A DNA stretch of 53,360 nt from a virus. Of the stretch, positions 9,547-16,511 are shown in pieces; within the stretch, counting starts at the first letter, position 1; every line of letters starts with the position of its first letter. Under the pieces are notes generated by a model, which had not been told where the DNA came from, did no database searches, and saw nothing but the letters and a program-made list of their open reading frames with translations. Both the position numbers and the translations under genes were made by a program. Location of the stretch: IMG/VR virus record IMGVR_UViG_3300048839_001110, positions 1 through 53,360 of that record, one strand, 5' to 3'.

Positions 9547-9888
9547 TCAGCAGATCCCGATGACCTGGATGCTGCGCGCGCCGCCCTGGTTGACCGGGCT
9601 GCCCGTCGTGCCGGAGCGGATCTTCAGGCGCTGCAGGCCGAGGAATTTCGCCGGGTCGAGGATGATGAAGCGCGAGGCATCGGCCTCGACCGTCACCTCG
9701 GCGCCGTCCTCGTCGTAGACGTCGGCATAGGTCGTGCCGTCATAGCTGCCCTGGAAGGTCAGGTCGGCCGCGGTCCATGTGCCCGGCATCTGCAGCGCGA
9801 ACAGACGGTGCGTGCGCAGATGAATCGCGTCGGATAGTGACGCGGCGTTGGCGATCGCCGCCGTCAGCGTGATGGTCTCGATCGACAT
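9547..9888 (-). CDS. Hypothetical structural protein
   Basis: 113-aa ORF between terS and the LamG-like gene. Confidence 0.55.
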   Translation of the reverse strand: MSIETITLTAAIANAASLSDAIHLRTHRLFALQMPGTWTAADLTFQGSYDGTTYADVYDEDGAEVTVEADASRFIILDPAKFLGLQRLKIRSGTTGSPVNQGGARSIQVIGIC

Positions 9889-9891
9889 GCG

Positions 9892-10524
9892 TTACTCCTT
9901 GGGTTTCGCGGCAGCCTTGGCGGCCTCGCGCCTGGCCTTCGCCAGCGCAAAGGCAATGCGGCGCGCGATATCCATGGAGCCTGCCGGCGCGACCTCGATC
10001 GCGCCGCCGTCCTTGCCGGCATGCTCGTGCTGATGCTTCTGCGGCTCGTGATGCTTGCGCAGCTCGGAGAGCGCGCCGCGCTTGTCGTGCAGCTTCAGCT
10101 TAACGCTCTTGACCTCGCGGGCGTCGTCGCCGCGGCCCTCGAGATAGGTCTCGATCGTGAGCTCCTGAATCGCAGCCGCGTGCTCGCGATTCATATCGCG
10201 CAAAGCCGTGACGACGTCGGAGGTGTCGGCGCCGGAAACGATGAAGTCCTGCATGTTGGCGCGGCCGAGCTTGGAGAGCTCCGCCAGCACCTCCTGCAGG
10301 TCCATCACCTTGGCGTCGACCGAGGCCTGCGCCACCGCCTGGTCGAGCTCGGCGATCCGGGCTGCAAACTCAGCTTTCTTCAGCAGCCGCGAGAAGCCGG
10401 TCTCGGCCGCCCGCTGCGAGGATTTGGGATAGATGGCCTTATAGGCTTTCCATCCTACGCGCTCGCGGTCCTTGAAATAGGCCTGCGCGAGCGCCTCGTG
10501 CTTGGCGTTCTTGAGAACCGGCAT
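9892..10524 (-). CDS. terS: Terminase small subunit
   Basis: 210 aa. The N-terminus MPVLKNAKHEALAQAYF...YKAIYP and the ...KLHDKRGALSELRKH region match my memory of Terminase_2-type small subunits. Confidence 0.7.
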   Translation of the reverse strand: MPVLKNAKHEALAQAYFKDRERVGWKAYKAIYPKSSQRAAETGFSRLLKKAEFAARIAELDQAVAQASVDAKVMDLQEVLAELSKLGRANMQDFIVSGADTSDVVTALRDMNREHAAAIQELTIETYLEGRGDDAREVKSVKLKLHDKRGALSELRKHHEPQKHQHEHAGKDGGAIEVAPAGSMDIARRIAFALAKARREAAKAAAKPKE

Positions 10525-10740
10525 TCAGCGGCGTTCGAGCAGCGCCGTCACGAGGCCCGGAGGATCCTGGTCGGCGAGGATGGCGTCGAGGATCTGCGCG
10601 ACCAGCTGGTCGGGATGAGTGCGGCGCCATTGCGCGAGCTCATCGAGCTCGGCGCGGCGCTTCTGCGTGAGCCAGGCATGCACGACAGCGCAGCGCGCCG
10701 GCGTGGCCTTGGTCTCGAGCGGCGCCGGCGCTGCGATCAT
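10525..10740 (-). CDS. Hypothetical protein, first gene of the late operon
   Basis: 71 aa with a GAGGAG RBS. Its stop abuts the terS start. Confidence 0.55.
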   Translation of the reverse strand: MIAAPAPLETKATPARCAVVHAWLTQKRRAELDELAQWRRTHPDQLVAQILDAILADQDPPGLVTALLERR

Positions 10741-10750
10741 GGACGCTCCT

Positions 10751-10783
10751 CAAACAAAAAGGGCCGCCACGATGTGACGGCCC
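10751..10783 (-). terminator. Strong intrinsic terminator immediately upstream of the late operon
   Basis: Minus strand reads GGGCCGTCAC-atc-GTGGCGGCCC followed by TTTTTGTTTG. The RBS of the 10740 gene follows directly. Confidence 0.7.
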
Positions 10784-10972
10784 CTGCTCGGCTTTTCCGA
10801 CGATGCCGCTAGCGACGCTTCGTTGTGCGCCGCGCGCTCGTCTTCATCGTCTTGCGCGCGCTCTTCGCTTTCGCGGGACGCGTCGCCGATTTCCGTTTTG
10901 CCGCAGCCATGAAGGCCTCCGTGTTGCGATCGCTCAGTCGCGACCGACACGGAGAGAATCATATTCGCGGGC
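10784..10972 (-). promoter_or_regulatory. ORF-poor leader between the Cre-like gene and the terminator; candidate late promoter region
   Basis: About 190 nt with no convincing gene. A TATGAT -10-like hexamer lies on the minus strand at 10958-10963, with no good -35. Confidence 0.3.
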
Positions 10973-11920
10973 CTAGAGGAATCCCTTGCCGGCATGCTGG
11001 GCGAAGCCGCGGGCCCGGCGATCGTAGACGCGCAGCGTGCGGACGTCCTTGTGGCCGGTCGTGTTCATCACCTTGAAGAAGTCCACCTCGTCCTCGAGCG
11101 CGGAGGTGACGAAGCCCGCGCGCATCGAATGGCCGGAGAACACGGCCTCGTCGAGGCCTGCGCCGCGCGCCGCCTTCTTGACGATGCGCGCGATTGAGCG
11201 GTCGGTCAGTCGGCCGGGCTGCAGCCGGCCGTGTCTGTCGATCGGCCGGAACAGCGGACCTTGCGTGATGCCCGAAGCCTCGAGCCAGGCCTGCAGCGCG
11301 GCGACGGGACGAAGCCGCACGCCGTGCGGCACCGGGATCTCGGCGCCCGCGGCTTCCTGGTCGGTCTTGGAGCGGCGCACATGCACGATCATGCCGTCGC
11401 GATGAAACGCGATGTCGGCAACATCGAGCGCGGCGATCTCAGAACGCCTCCGCGCCGCCGCGAATCCGATCAGCAGCAATGCGCGATCGCGGGTGCCGGC
11501 GAGCGTGGCCGGCAGGCGCTCGAGCATCAAGGCTAGAACGCTTGCGACCGCCGGCTCCTTGCGGGTGACGGCGGTTCCGATCGAGCGGCGGATCCCGCGC
11601 ATCGTCGCCTTGACGCCTTCGGAAGCCGTCGGCGGCTCGTGGCCGGCGGCCTTGTGGGCGTAGCGGATGGCGGCGCAGCGCCGCACGATGGTCGAGGCCT
11701 TCAGGCCCTGGTCGGCGAGCAGCGCGAGATAGCGGGCGACCGTCTCGGGCCGCGCCGGCAGTGGCGGCTCCTTTACACTTTCACACCAGGTGTGAAACGC
11801 CCGCCAGTCGGCGGCATAGGCGCGCCTGGTGCCGGGCGATTTCTCGGCCGCCAGATAGGCGCGGACCGAGGCCATCGGGTCGGCCAGCGCGGTCGAGGCG
11901 GTTTTCTCGTCCACCTGCAA
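10973..11920 (-). CDS. Cre-like tyrosine recombinase
   Basis: 315 aa. Segments line up with P1 Cre as I remember it: PETVARYLALLADQGLKASTI vs PEDVRDYLLYLQARGLAVKTI; RRSKTDQ vs GRTKTLV; SGHSMRAG vs SGHSARVG; LRVYDRR vs VMNYIRN. The R-K-H-R-H/W-Y catalytic set is present. The start is uncertain (TTG at 11920 or ATG at 11875). Confidence 0.75.
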   Translation of the reverse strand: MQVDEKTASTALADPMASVRAYLAAEKSPGTRRAYAADWRAFHTWCESVKEPPLPARPETVARYLALLADQGLKASTIVRRCAAIRYAHKAAGHEPPTASEGVKATMRGIRRSIGTAVTRKEPAVASVLALMLERLPATLAGTRDRALLLIGFAAARRRSEIAALDVADIAFHRDGMIVHVRRSKTDQEAAGAEIPVPHGVRLRPVAALQAWLEASGITQGPLFRPIDRHGRLQPGRLTDRSIARIVKKAARGAGLDEAVFSGHSMRAGFVTSALEDEVDFFKVMNTTGHKDVRTLRVYDRRARGFAQHAGKGFL

Positions 11921-11950
11921 GCCGCTGCGATTGTTACGCTATACCGCCTA

Positions 11951-11989
11951 GTGGAAGACTTCTGCGCAGAAGGCGCAAAACTCTTCCAC
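11951..11989. repeat. Nested palindrome upstream of the Cre-like gene (candidate recombination site or operator)
   Basis: GTGGAAGA (11951-58) pairs with TCTTCCAC (11982-89). Between them lies the perfect 14-bp palindrome CTTCTGCGCAGAAG (11959-72). Confidence 0.6.
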
Positions 11990-11994
11990 CTGGC

Positions 11995-12231
11995 TCAGCG
12001 CACCGGCCGGTCGGGATAAGGCGAGATCCGGCGCGCGTCCTTGTAGGTCTCGGCCTTTGGCCAGTGGCGCGAGCGGTTGAGGGACCGGGCGCGGCGCTCG
12101 AAGCGCCTGCGAGCCTGGCGCTCCTGCCGGGCGACATATTCTGCGCGCTGCGTCGTCGGGACCGAATAGACCGGCAGCGCCATCAGCGCCGTGCCCATGA
12201 TGGCGAGATGGCGGAATCGCATGCCGATCAT
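11995..12231 (-). CDS. Small basic protein with an N-terminal hydrophobic segment
   Basis: 78 aa with a GGAGGG RBS and high GC3. The N-terminus (LAIMGTALMALPVYS) looks like a signal or anchor. Confidence 0.55.
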   Translation of the reverse strand: MIGMRFRHLAIMGTALMALPVYSVPTTQRAEYVARQERQARRRFERRARSLNRSRHWPKAETYKDARRISPYPDRPVR

Positions 12232-12502
12232 GGACGGCCCTCCATTGGTGAATTGGTTAGGCGGCTTGCAGGCCGCCGACGCGCTTTCGCCCGCGCGCCT
12301 TACAGCGGGCTGGGTCGGTCACGGTTTTGTTGCCTTCCGCCGGGACGTGCCTTTGCTCCGGCATCTGCTCCCCGGGCTCGTGGCACCCCGGTTCGCGCGG
12401 CTCGCTGTTTGCGGGGGCCGGTAGCCGTACCGTCGCCACGTCAGTGACGGGCCGGACACCCCTGGGTGAAATCAGGAATCTGCTGACGTCCGGGAATGAC
12501 GC

Positions 12503-12757
12503 TTATCGGACGCCAGCGGCGCCCCGGGTCAGCTGGAAATGCGGCTCGGGCTGGCGCTCCGGCCGGGTCAGCCAGCCCTCGAGCAGCGTGAGCTCGCGGG
12601 CGGTGTCGTAGGTCGCGCGGCAGAAGGTGCAGCCCTGCGCCCGCGCCGCCCTGGCCGCGGCCTCGATCCAGGCGCGGCGATCGACGCAGCTCTTCGCCTC
12701 GCCGGTCTGCGCGACGAAGGCCGGCGCGGTCCGCGCGCTAGCGGCGCAGCGGCTCAT
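12503..12757 (-). CDS. Hypothetical protein
   Basis: 84 aa from the internal ATG of the 130-aa ORF. High GC3. Overlaps the upstream stop by 20 nt. Confidence 0.45.
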   Translation of the reverse strand: MSRCAASARTAPAFVAQTGEAKSCVDRRAWIEAAARAARAQGCTFCRATYDTARELTLLEGWLTRPERQPEPHFQLTRGAAGVR

Positions 12758-12977
12758 TGCAGGCCTCGAGCGCGTCGACCGGCTTGCGGCCGGTGCGGTG
12801 CCATTCGGCAATGGCGCGGGCGAGCGAGGCGACCTCGGAGCGCTCTTCGTGGAAGGCATGGGGGCGCCGCGCCGAAGGCGGCGGGATCCGCGCAATGCGT
12901 CCCGCGAGCTCGTCCAGCGCCGCCGCGATCGTCTTCACGTCATCGCCCGCGTCCCAAAACAAAACGGAATTGTCCAC
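12738..12977 (-). CDS. Hypothetical protein whose annotated 5' end lies inside the IS inverted repeat
   Basis: 79-aa ORF. The GTG start at 12977 is inside the left IR of the IS. The native start may be the GTG at about 12935. Confidence 0.4.
   Translation of the reverse strand: MDNSVLFWDAGDDVKTIAAALDELAGRIARIPPPSARRPHAFHEERSEVASLARAIAEWHRTGRKPVDALEACNEPLRR
12957..12964. repeat. Target-site duplication, left copy (AAACAAAA)
   Basis: The same 8-mer directly abuts both IS ends. Confidence 0.85.
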
Positions 12978-12978
12978 T

Positions 12979-13875
12979 TTAAGGCTTGACCGCTAGATGC
13001 AGCACCGCGTCCAGATCGCACCCGCCGTTTCGCAAATTGTAGCGGAACGCCAACTCGCGCAGATAAAGCGCGAGATATTTCCGGCTGACGTGGTGCCATT
13101 GTCCCAAGATCGCGCGCTTCACCAGCGCCCAAAAGCCCTCAATCGTGTTGGTGTGCGCCGCGCCGAATAGGTCGTATTCGACGAACGCGACCGAATGATT
13201 GACGCGGCGATGTGCGACGAAATTGTTGAGCGAGTTGTACCCGCTGTATTCATCGGTCGTGACCGTCGAGCGCGGGCAGTCGATCATCTCGCGGGCCAGC
13301 GCGTCCATGTCGTCAGCCGTCATTTCGTCGGCAATGACCATCTTCGTCTTGACGCGACCACCCCGCTCAACCGCGCCGACAATCGGCGTTTTCGACGTGC
13401 CGCGACCGCGCGGCGAGGGCGTGTCGTCGTCGCGCCGATTGCGCTTGCGCGGCTTGCCTCCAACGTAAGCTTCGTCCATCTCTACAAGTCCGGAGAGCAA
13501 CCGGCCATCGTCTTTCATCGCGCCACGAATACGGTGCATCATGCTCCAGACCGTAGGCCGTCGCATGTCGAGATCGCGTGCGGCCTGCATCGCGCTCAAA
13601 CCTTTCTTGGCGTTCAACATGAGCGCGATCAGCAGGAACCATCGCTGCAACTCGACATGCGAATTGTGGAAGATCGTACCGACCGTCGCGGAGAAGCTGC
13701 GATTGCACGACCAGCATTGCAGCCGGTCGCGGCGCGCCGCTTCGTTGTGCCGTGCGACCGTATCGCAGCCGCAGTAGGGGCAAGTCGGGCCCTTGGGCCA
13801 GCGCACCTTTTCAAGGTGCGAGAGCGCCGCTTCCTTTGTGGGGAAGCGGCGGTAAACCTCGACAAGGCTGGTCAT
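12979..13875 (-). CDS. IS1595-family (ISXO2-like) transposase
   Basis: 298 aa. N-terminal zinc ribbon (CPYCGC...CWSCN), then a DDE region ending ...NTIEGFWALVKR...YLALYLRELAFRYN, as I remember for this family. Confidence 0.88.
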   Translation of the reverse strand: MTSLVEVYRRFPTKEAALSHLEKVRWPKGPTCPYCGCDTVARHNEAARRDRLQCWSCNRSFSATVGTIFHNSHVELQRWFLLIALMLNAKKGLSAMQAARDLDMRRPTVWSMMHRIRGAMKDDGRLLSGLVEMDEAYVGGKPRKRNRRDDDTPSPRGRGTSKTPIVGAVERGGRVKTKMVIADEMTADDMDALAREMIDCPRSTVTTDEYSGYNSLNNFVAHRRVNHSVAFVEYDLFGAAHTNTIEGFWALVKRAILGQWHHVSRKYLALYLRELAFRYNLRNGGCDLDAVLHLAVKP

Positions 13876-13878
13876 CGG

Positions 13879-14118
13879 TCAGCCCTGAAATTCTGGCACC
13901 CAGCCGTCAACCGGGCCTTCCTTGCCGCGATCGGGGCAAGCCTTCACCGCGATGATCCGGCGCGTTTCGCCAGTCCCGGCGTAATAAGCCTCATAAATCG
14001 CGACGGCCTCAGCCGCCGTCTTAGCCTGGCCGATGATGTAGGCCATGTGGTCGGCGTCGGCAAACACCGGGGCCGGGACAACGTAGGAAAGATTGCTGCG
14101 ATTTGGGTGGTTGATCAT
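13879..14118 (-). CDS. Passenger ORF inside the IS (hypothetical)
   Basis: 79 aa. Its stop is 3 nt upstream of the transposase ATG, and it lies inside the IR boundaries. Confidence 0.55.
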   Translation of the reverse strand: MINHPNRSNLSYVVPAPVFADADHMAYIIGQAKTAAEAVAIYEAYYAGTGETRRIIAVKACPDRGKEGPVDGWVPEFQG

Positions 14119-14226
14119 GGTCGTCTCTCTGCCCCTGATCCCGAGGCGCGGCCATCAGCCCTTGCTGATGGTCCAAACCCTACACCCCCTAAATACGGCT
14201 GTCAAGCCCCAAAGCGTACAGGTCCG

Positions 14227-14234
14227 AAACAAAA
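14227..14234. repeat. Target-site duplication, right copy (AAACAAAA)
   Basis: Identical to 12957-12964. Confidence 0.85.
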
Positions 14235-14254
14235 AGCGCCCGCCGGCGGGTGCC
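14227..14254 (-). terminator. Terminator-like hairpin plus T-tract; the T-tract is the IS target
   Basis: Minus strand reads GGCACCCGCCGGCGGGCGC followed by TTTTTGTTT. Lies downstream of the 14337-15029 gene. Confidence 0.45.
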
Positions 14255-14336
14255 GGGGACGCTTGTCTGCTTTTGAAAGGATCGCCAAGCGCCAGGCGCA
14301 AGTCAACGCGCCGGGCACCGCGGCCACCTCACATGG

Positions 14337-15029
14337 TTAAGCCTTTCGCTCCTTCCATGGCGCCGCCGGCGCCGACGGCGGCAAGGCCATGCGCTCGGAC
14401 ATGCGGCCGTTGAGAGCAGCCGCGAGCTCGCAGAGCGCCTCGTGCCAGATCAGATATTCGATGCGCGCGAAGGCGATCTCGCGCGGCACCGGAAACCAGC
14501 GCAGCGGCGAGCGCGCCGCCGTCCCGTAATGTCGGCTCCGGGTGCGGCCCTCGACGATGCGGCCCTGATCGTCGAGATAGCGCACGATCGGCTTGCCGTT
14601 ATTGCCGACGATCGGCTCGGGCTCGGGATCCGCGAGCAGCCGCGGCCGCGTGCCCATGCGGGCGTGCATGCCGACGAGACCCGCGCGGCAGACGACGAGC
14701 GCCGACAGCGTCACGTCGTCTTCGGGCACGAGCGCGGCCATGTCGCCGAGGATGTGCGGGCGGCTCCCCGGCCAGTCGATGCCGACGTCCTCGAGCGCTT
14801 CGACCGCGAGGCCGATCGCCTCGGCGTCTGGATGACAGGCGCCGAGCGCATTGGGAAAGCCGGGCTCGTTCGAGAAATCGTCGATGCGCACACCGAGCGC
14901 GGCGAGCCGGAACATCGGCGAGACCGAATAGCCCCATGTGCCTTCGATGCGCTGCTTCGGCAGCTCGTCGCGAAACGCCCATTGCAGCAGTTTCTCGATG
15001 TCGAGGCTTCGTAGCGGCGAGCGATTCAA
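14337..15029 (-). CDS. Hypothetical protein (230 aa)
   Basis: Long ORF with high GC3. I recognise no motif. Confidence 0.7.
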   Translation of the reverse strand: MNRSPLRSLDIEKLLQWAFRDELPKQRIEGTWGYSVSPMFRLAALGVRIDDFSNEPGFPNALGACHPDAEAIGLAVEALEDVGIDWPGSRPHILGDMAALVPEDDVTLSALVVCRAGLVGMHARMGTRPRLLADPEPEPIVGNNGKPIVRYLDDQGRIVEGRTRSRHYGTAARSPLRWFPVPREIAFARIEYLIWHEALCELAAALNGRMSERMALPPSAPAAPWKERKA

Positions 15030-15109
15030 GGCGCGGCTCCCGGGCGGGCAGCCGCGACGATAGGCGAGCGCACGGGACGCCGCCGCGATCTGGAAATCTA
15101 GGTTAAGGC

Positions 15110-15346
15110 TTAGCCGAGCCGGTATTTCGGGTTCGGGAAAGGATGGCCGCGCGGCGTGTAGCGGGCGTCGAGATCCGGCGCGCGCCGCCGCTGGCGCATC
15201 ACCATCAGCTTGGTCGAGACCGCAGCCGGGTCGCGGGCGAAGACCTGCGCATGGCGTTTCACGGCGCCGCGCTCGCGCGGATCGATCGCAGCGAGCGCCG
15301 CGAGCTCGTCGTCGAGCCAGGGCTTACGCGGGCCGGGCTTGCGCAT
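15110..15346 (-). CDS. Hypothetical small protein, possibly Myb/SANT-like
   Basis: 78 aa from the internal ATG. KPWLDDELAALAAI resembles a W-x-x-E-E-x-x-L helix. Weak call. Confidence 0.45.
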   Translation of the reverse strand: MRKPGPRKPWLDDELAALAAIDPRERGAVKRHAQVFARDPAAVSTKLMVMRQRRRAPDLDARYTPRGHPFPNPKYRLG

Positions 15347-15683
15347 CGGGAATGTAGGGCTCGAGCGGCGTCGGCGAAAACGCGATGCGCGCGCCGACGA
15401 TGATGGTCCAGGCATCGCTCCCGCCCGGGCGGAATTCCGGTGGCGTGCGCAGAGTCGCCGCGATCGACGTCGGCGGCAGATATTTCGCGAGCGGCATCAA
15501 CCAGCGCTCGGCCTGGTCGAAGCAGCGCTGGCGGGATGGCCCCTCGATGGTGACGAGGCCGAGCGCATCGACCACGAGCTTGCAGGGATGCAGGCAGGGC
15601 GTGTGCCGGCCCGGCGCGACCGCGAATCCGATGCTCGCAGGCAACCTGAAGGTCAGCCGGTAAGGCTCTGGGGAACCACGCAT
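15324..15683 (-). CDS. Hypothetical protein
   Basis: 119 aa. Codon-by-codon reading shows a strong GC3 bias. Confidence 0.55.
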   Translation of the reverse strand: MRGSPEPYRLTFRLPASIGFAVAPGRHTPCLHPCKLVVDALGLVTIEGPSRQRCFDQAERWLMPLAKYLPPTSIAATLRTPPEFRPGGSDAWTIIVGARIAFSPTPLEPYIPDAQARPA

Positions 15684-15841
15684 TACGAAACCCCCGCCTC
15701 GCCCCTAGCGGTTAGCCCTTGCGAGAGCGTTAACGGGGCGGGAGCGCTGGCAATGGCGTGGACGCGGGACGGCACTTTGTTGCTGCTGATCGGAGGCATG
15801 GCGCTCGCCAGCGGCCTGATCGCAATCGCGCTGCTGCTGCT

Positions 15842-16066
15842 CTAGCGCGGCACCAGCGTCTCGTCGGCGGGCGGGTCGATCTCGACGCCGGCGATCGCGG
15901 CGACATCGATCACATGCGCCTGGAAGCGCCCGCCGAAGCGCGGCGAATCCACGAGGCGCACGCAGGCGAGCCGGGTGTCCTTGTGCACGGCGCGGCAGCG
16001 CACCCGGACCAGCAGCACCTGGCCGGCGAGATCCTCGCCATCGATGATGGGGCGCGCGGTGATCAT
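15842..16066 (-). CDS. Hypothetical protein
   Basis: 74-aa ORF in the operon's orientation. Confidence 0.45.
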   Translation of the reverse strand: MITARPIIDGEDLAGQVLLVRVRCRAVHKDTRLACVRLVDSPRFGGRFQAHVIDVAAIAGVEIDPPADETLVPR

Positions 16067-16140
16067 GGCCCCTCCCGGCCGAGACTATCGGCCAAAAAGG
16101 ACGGTAATTCAATGCGGTCTGTGGAACCGCTCAACCGCTT

Positions 16141-16497
16141 TCAGAACGCCTGTTTGAGCTGGCCGGCCGCCGTTTCGATCAGCTTGGCCGACGCTTCCGC
16201 CTCGGTCAGCGCGGAATTCGCCGCCGCGAAGAAGCCCTCCGGCTTGGCGAAGGCGTGCGTCAGCTGCCGGCGCTGCCGCTCGGCCTGCTCACCGGTCGCC
16301 ACTGCGACCACGTCCTGCAGGCTTGCAGCGCTCGCGCGCAGCGAGGCGCTGATCGCGACCAGGCGCTCGAGGAAGGCCTGCGATTCCGAGCGGGGAATCG
16401 CGGGCGGCGGATCCTGCGCCGTCTCGGGCTGCCGCGCGTCGGCAATCGGCTCCTCGCTCGCCGACTGCGGCCGTCTCGTTTGCTCACGCGATGACAT
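16141..16497 (-). CDS. Hypothetical helical protein
   Basis: 118 aa, Ala/Glu-rich and helical. Confidence 0.55.
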   Translation of the reverse strand: MSSREQTRRPQSASEEPIADARQPETAQDPPPAIPRSESQAFLERLVAISASLRASAASLQDVVAVATGEQAERQRRQLTHAFAKPEGFFAAANSALTEAEASAKLIETAAGQLKQAF

Positions 16498-16511
16498 GGA
16501 GGCCTCCTCTG

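Larger units (their letters stand above)
12965..14226 (-). mobile_element. IS1595-family insertion sequence (1262 bp) carrying a passenger ORF
   Basis: Terminal inverted repeats CGGAATTGTCCACTTTAAGGCTTGAC and CGGACCTGTACGCTTTGGGGCTTGAC match at 20/26 positions. The element is flanked by perfect 8-bp direct repeats and encodes an ISXO2-like transposase. Confidence 0.85.

Noticed and set aside
10750-10962. A 70-aa acidic ORF (MILSVSVATERSQ...) in the late-operon leader.
   Set aside because: No RBS is visible, the composition is odd, and its 3' end is the terminator hairpin itself. I kept it only as an alternative explanation for the leader.
15753-15845. A 30-aa hydrophobic peptide ORF on the plus strand (MAWTRDGTLLLLIGGMALASGLIAIALLLL).
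   Set aside because: It has a plausible RBS but is very short, runs against the operon direction and overlaps the neighbouring stop. The evidence is insufficient.
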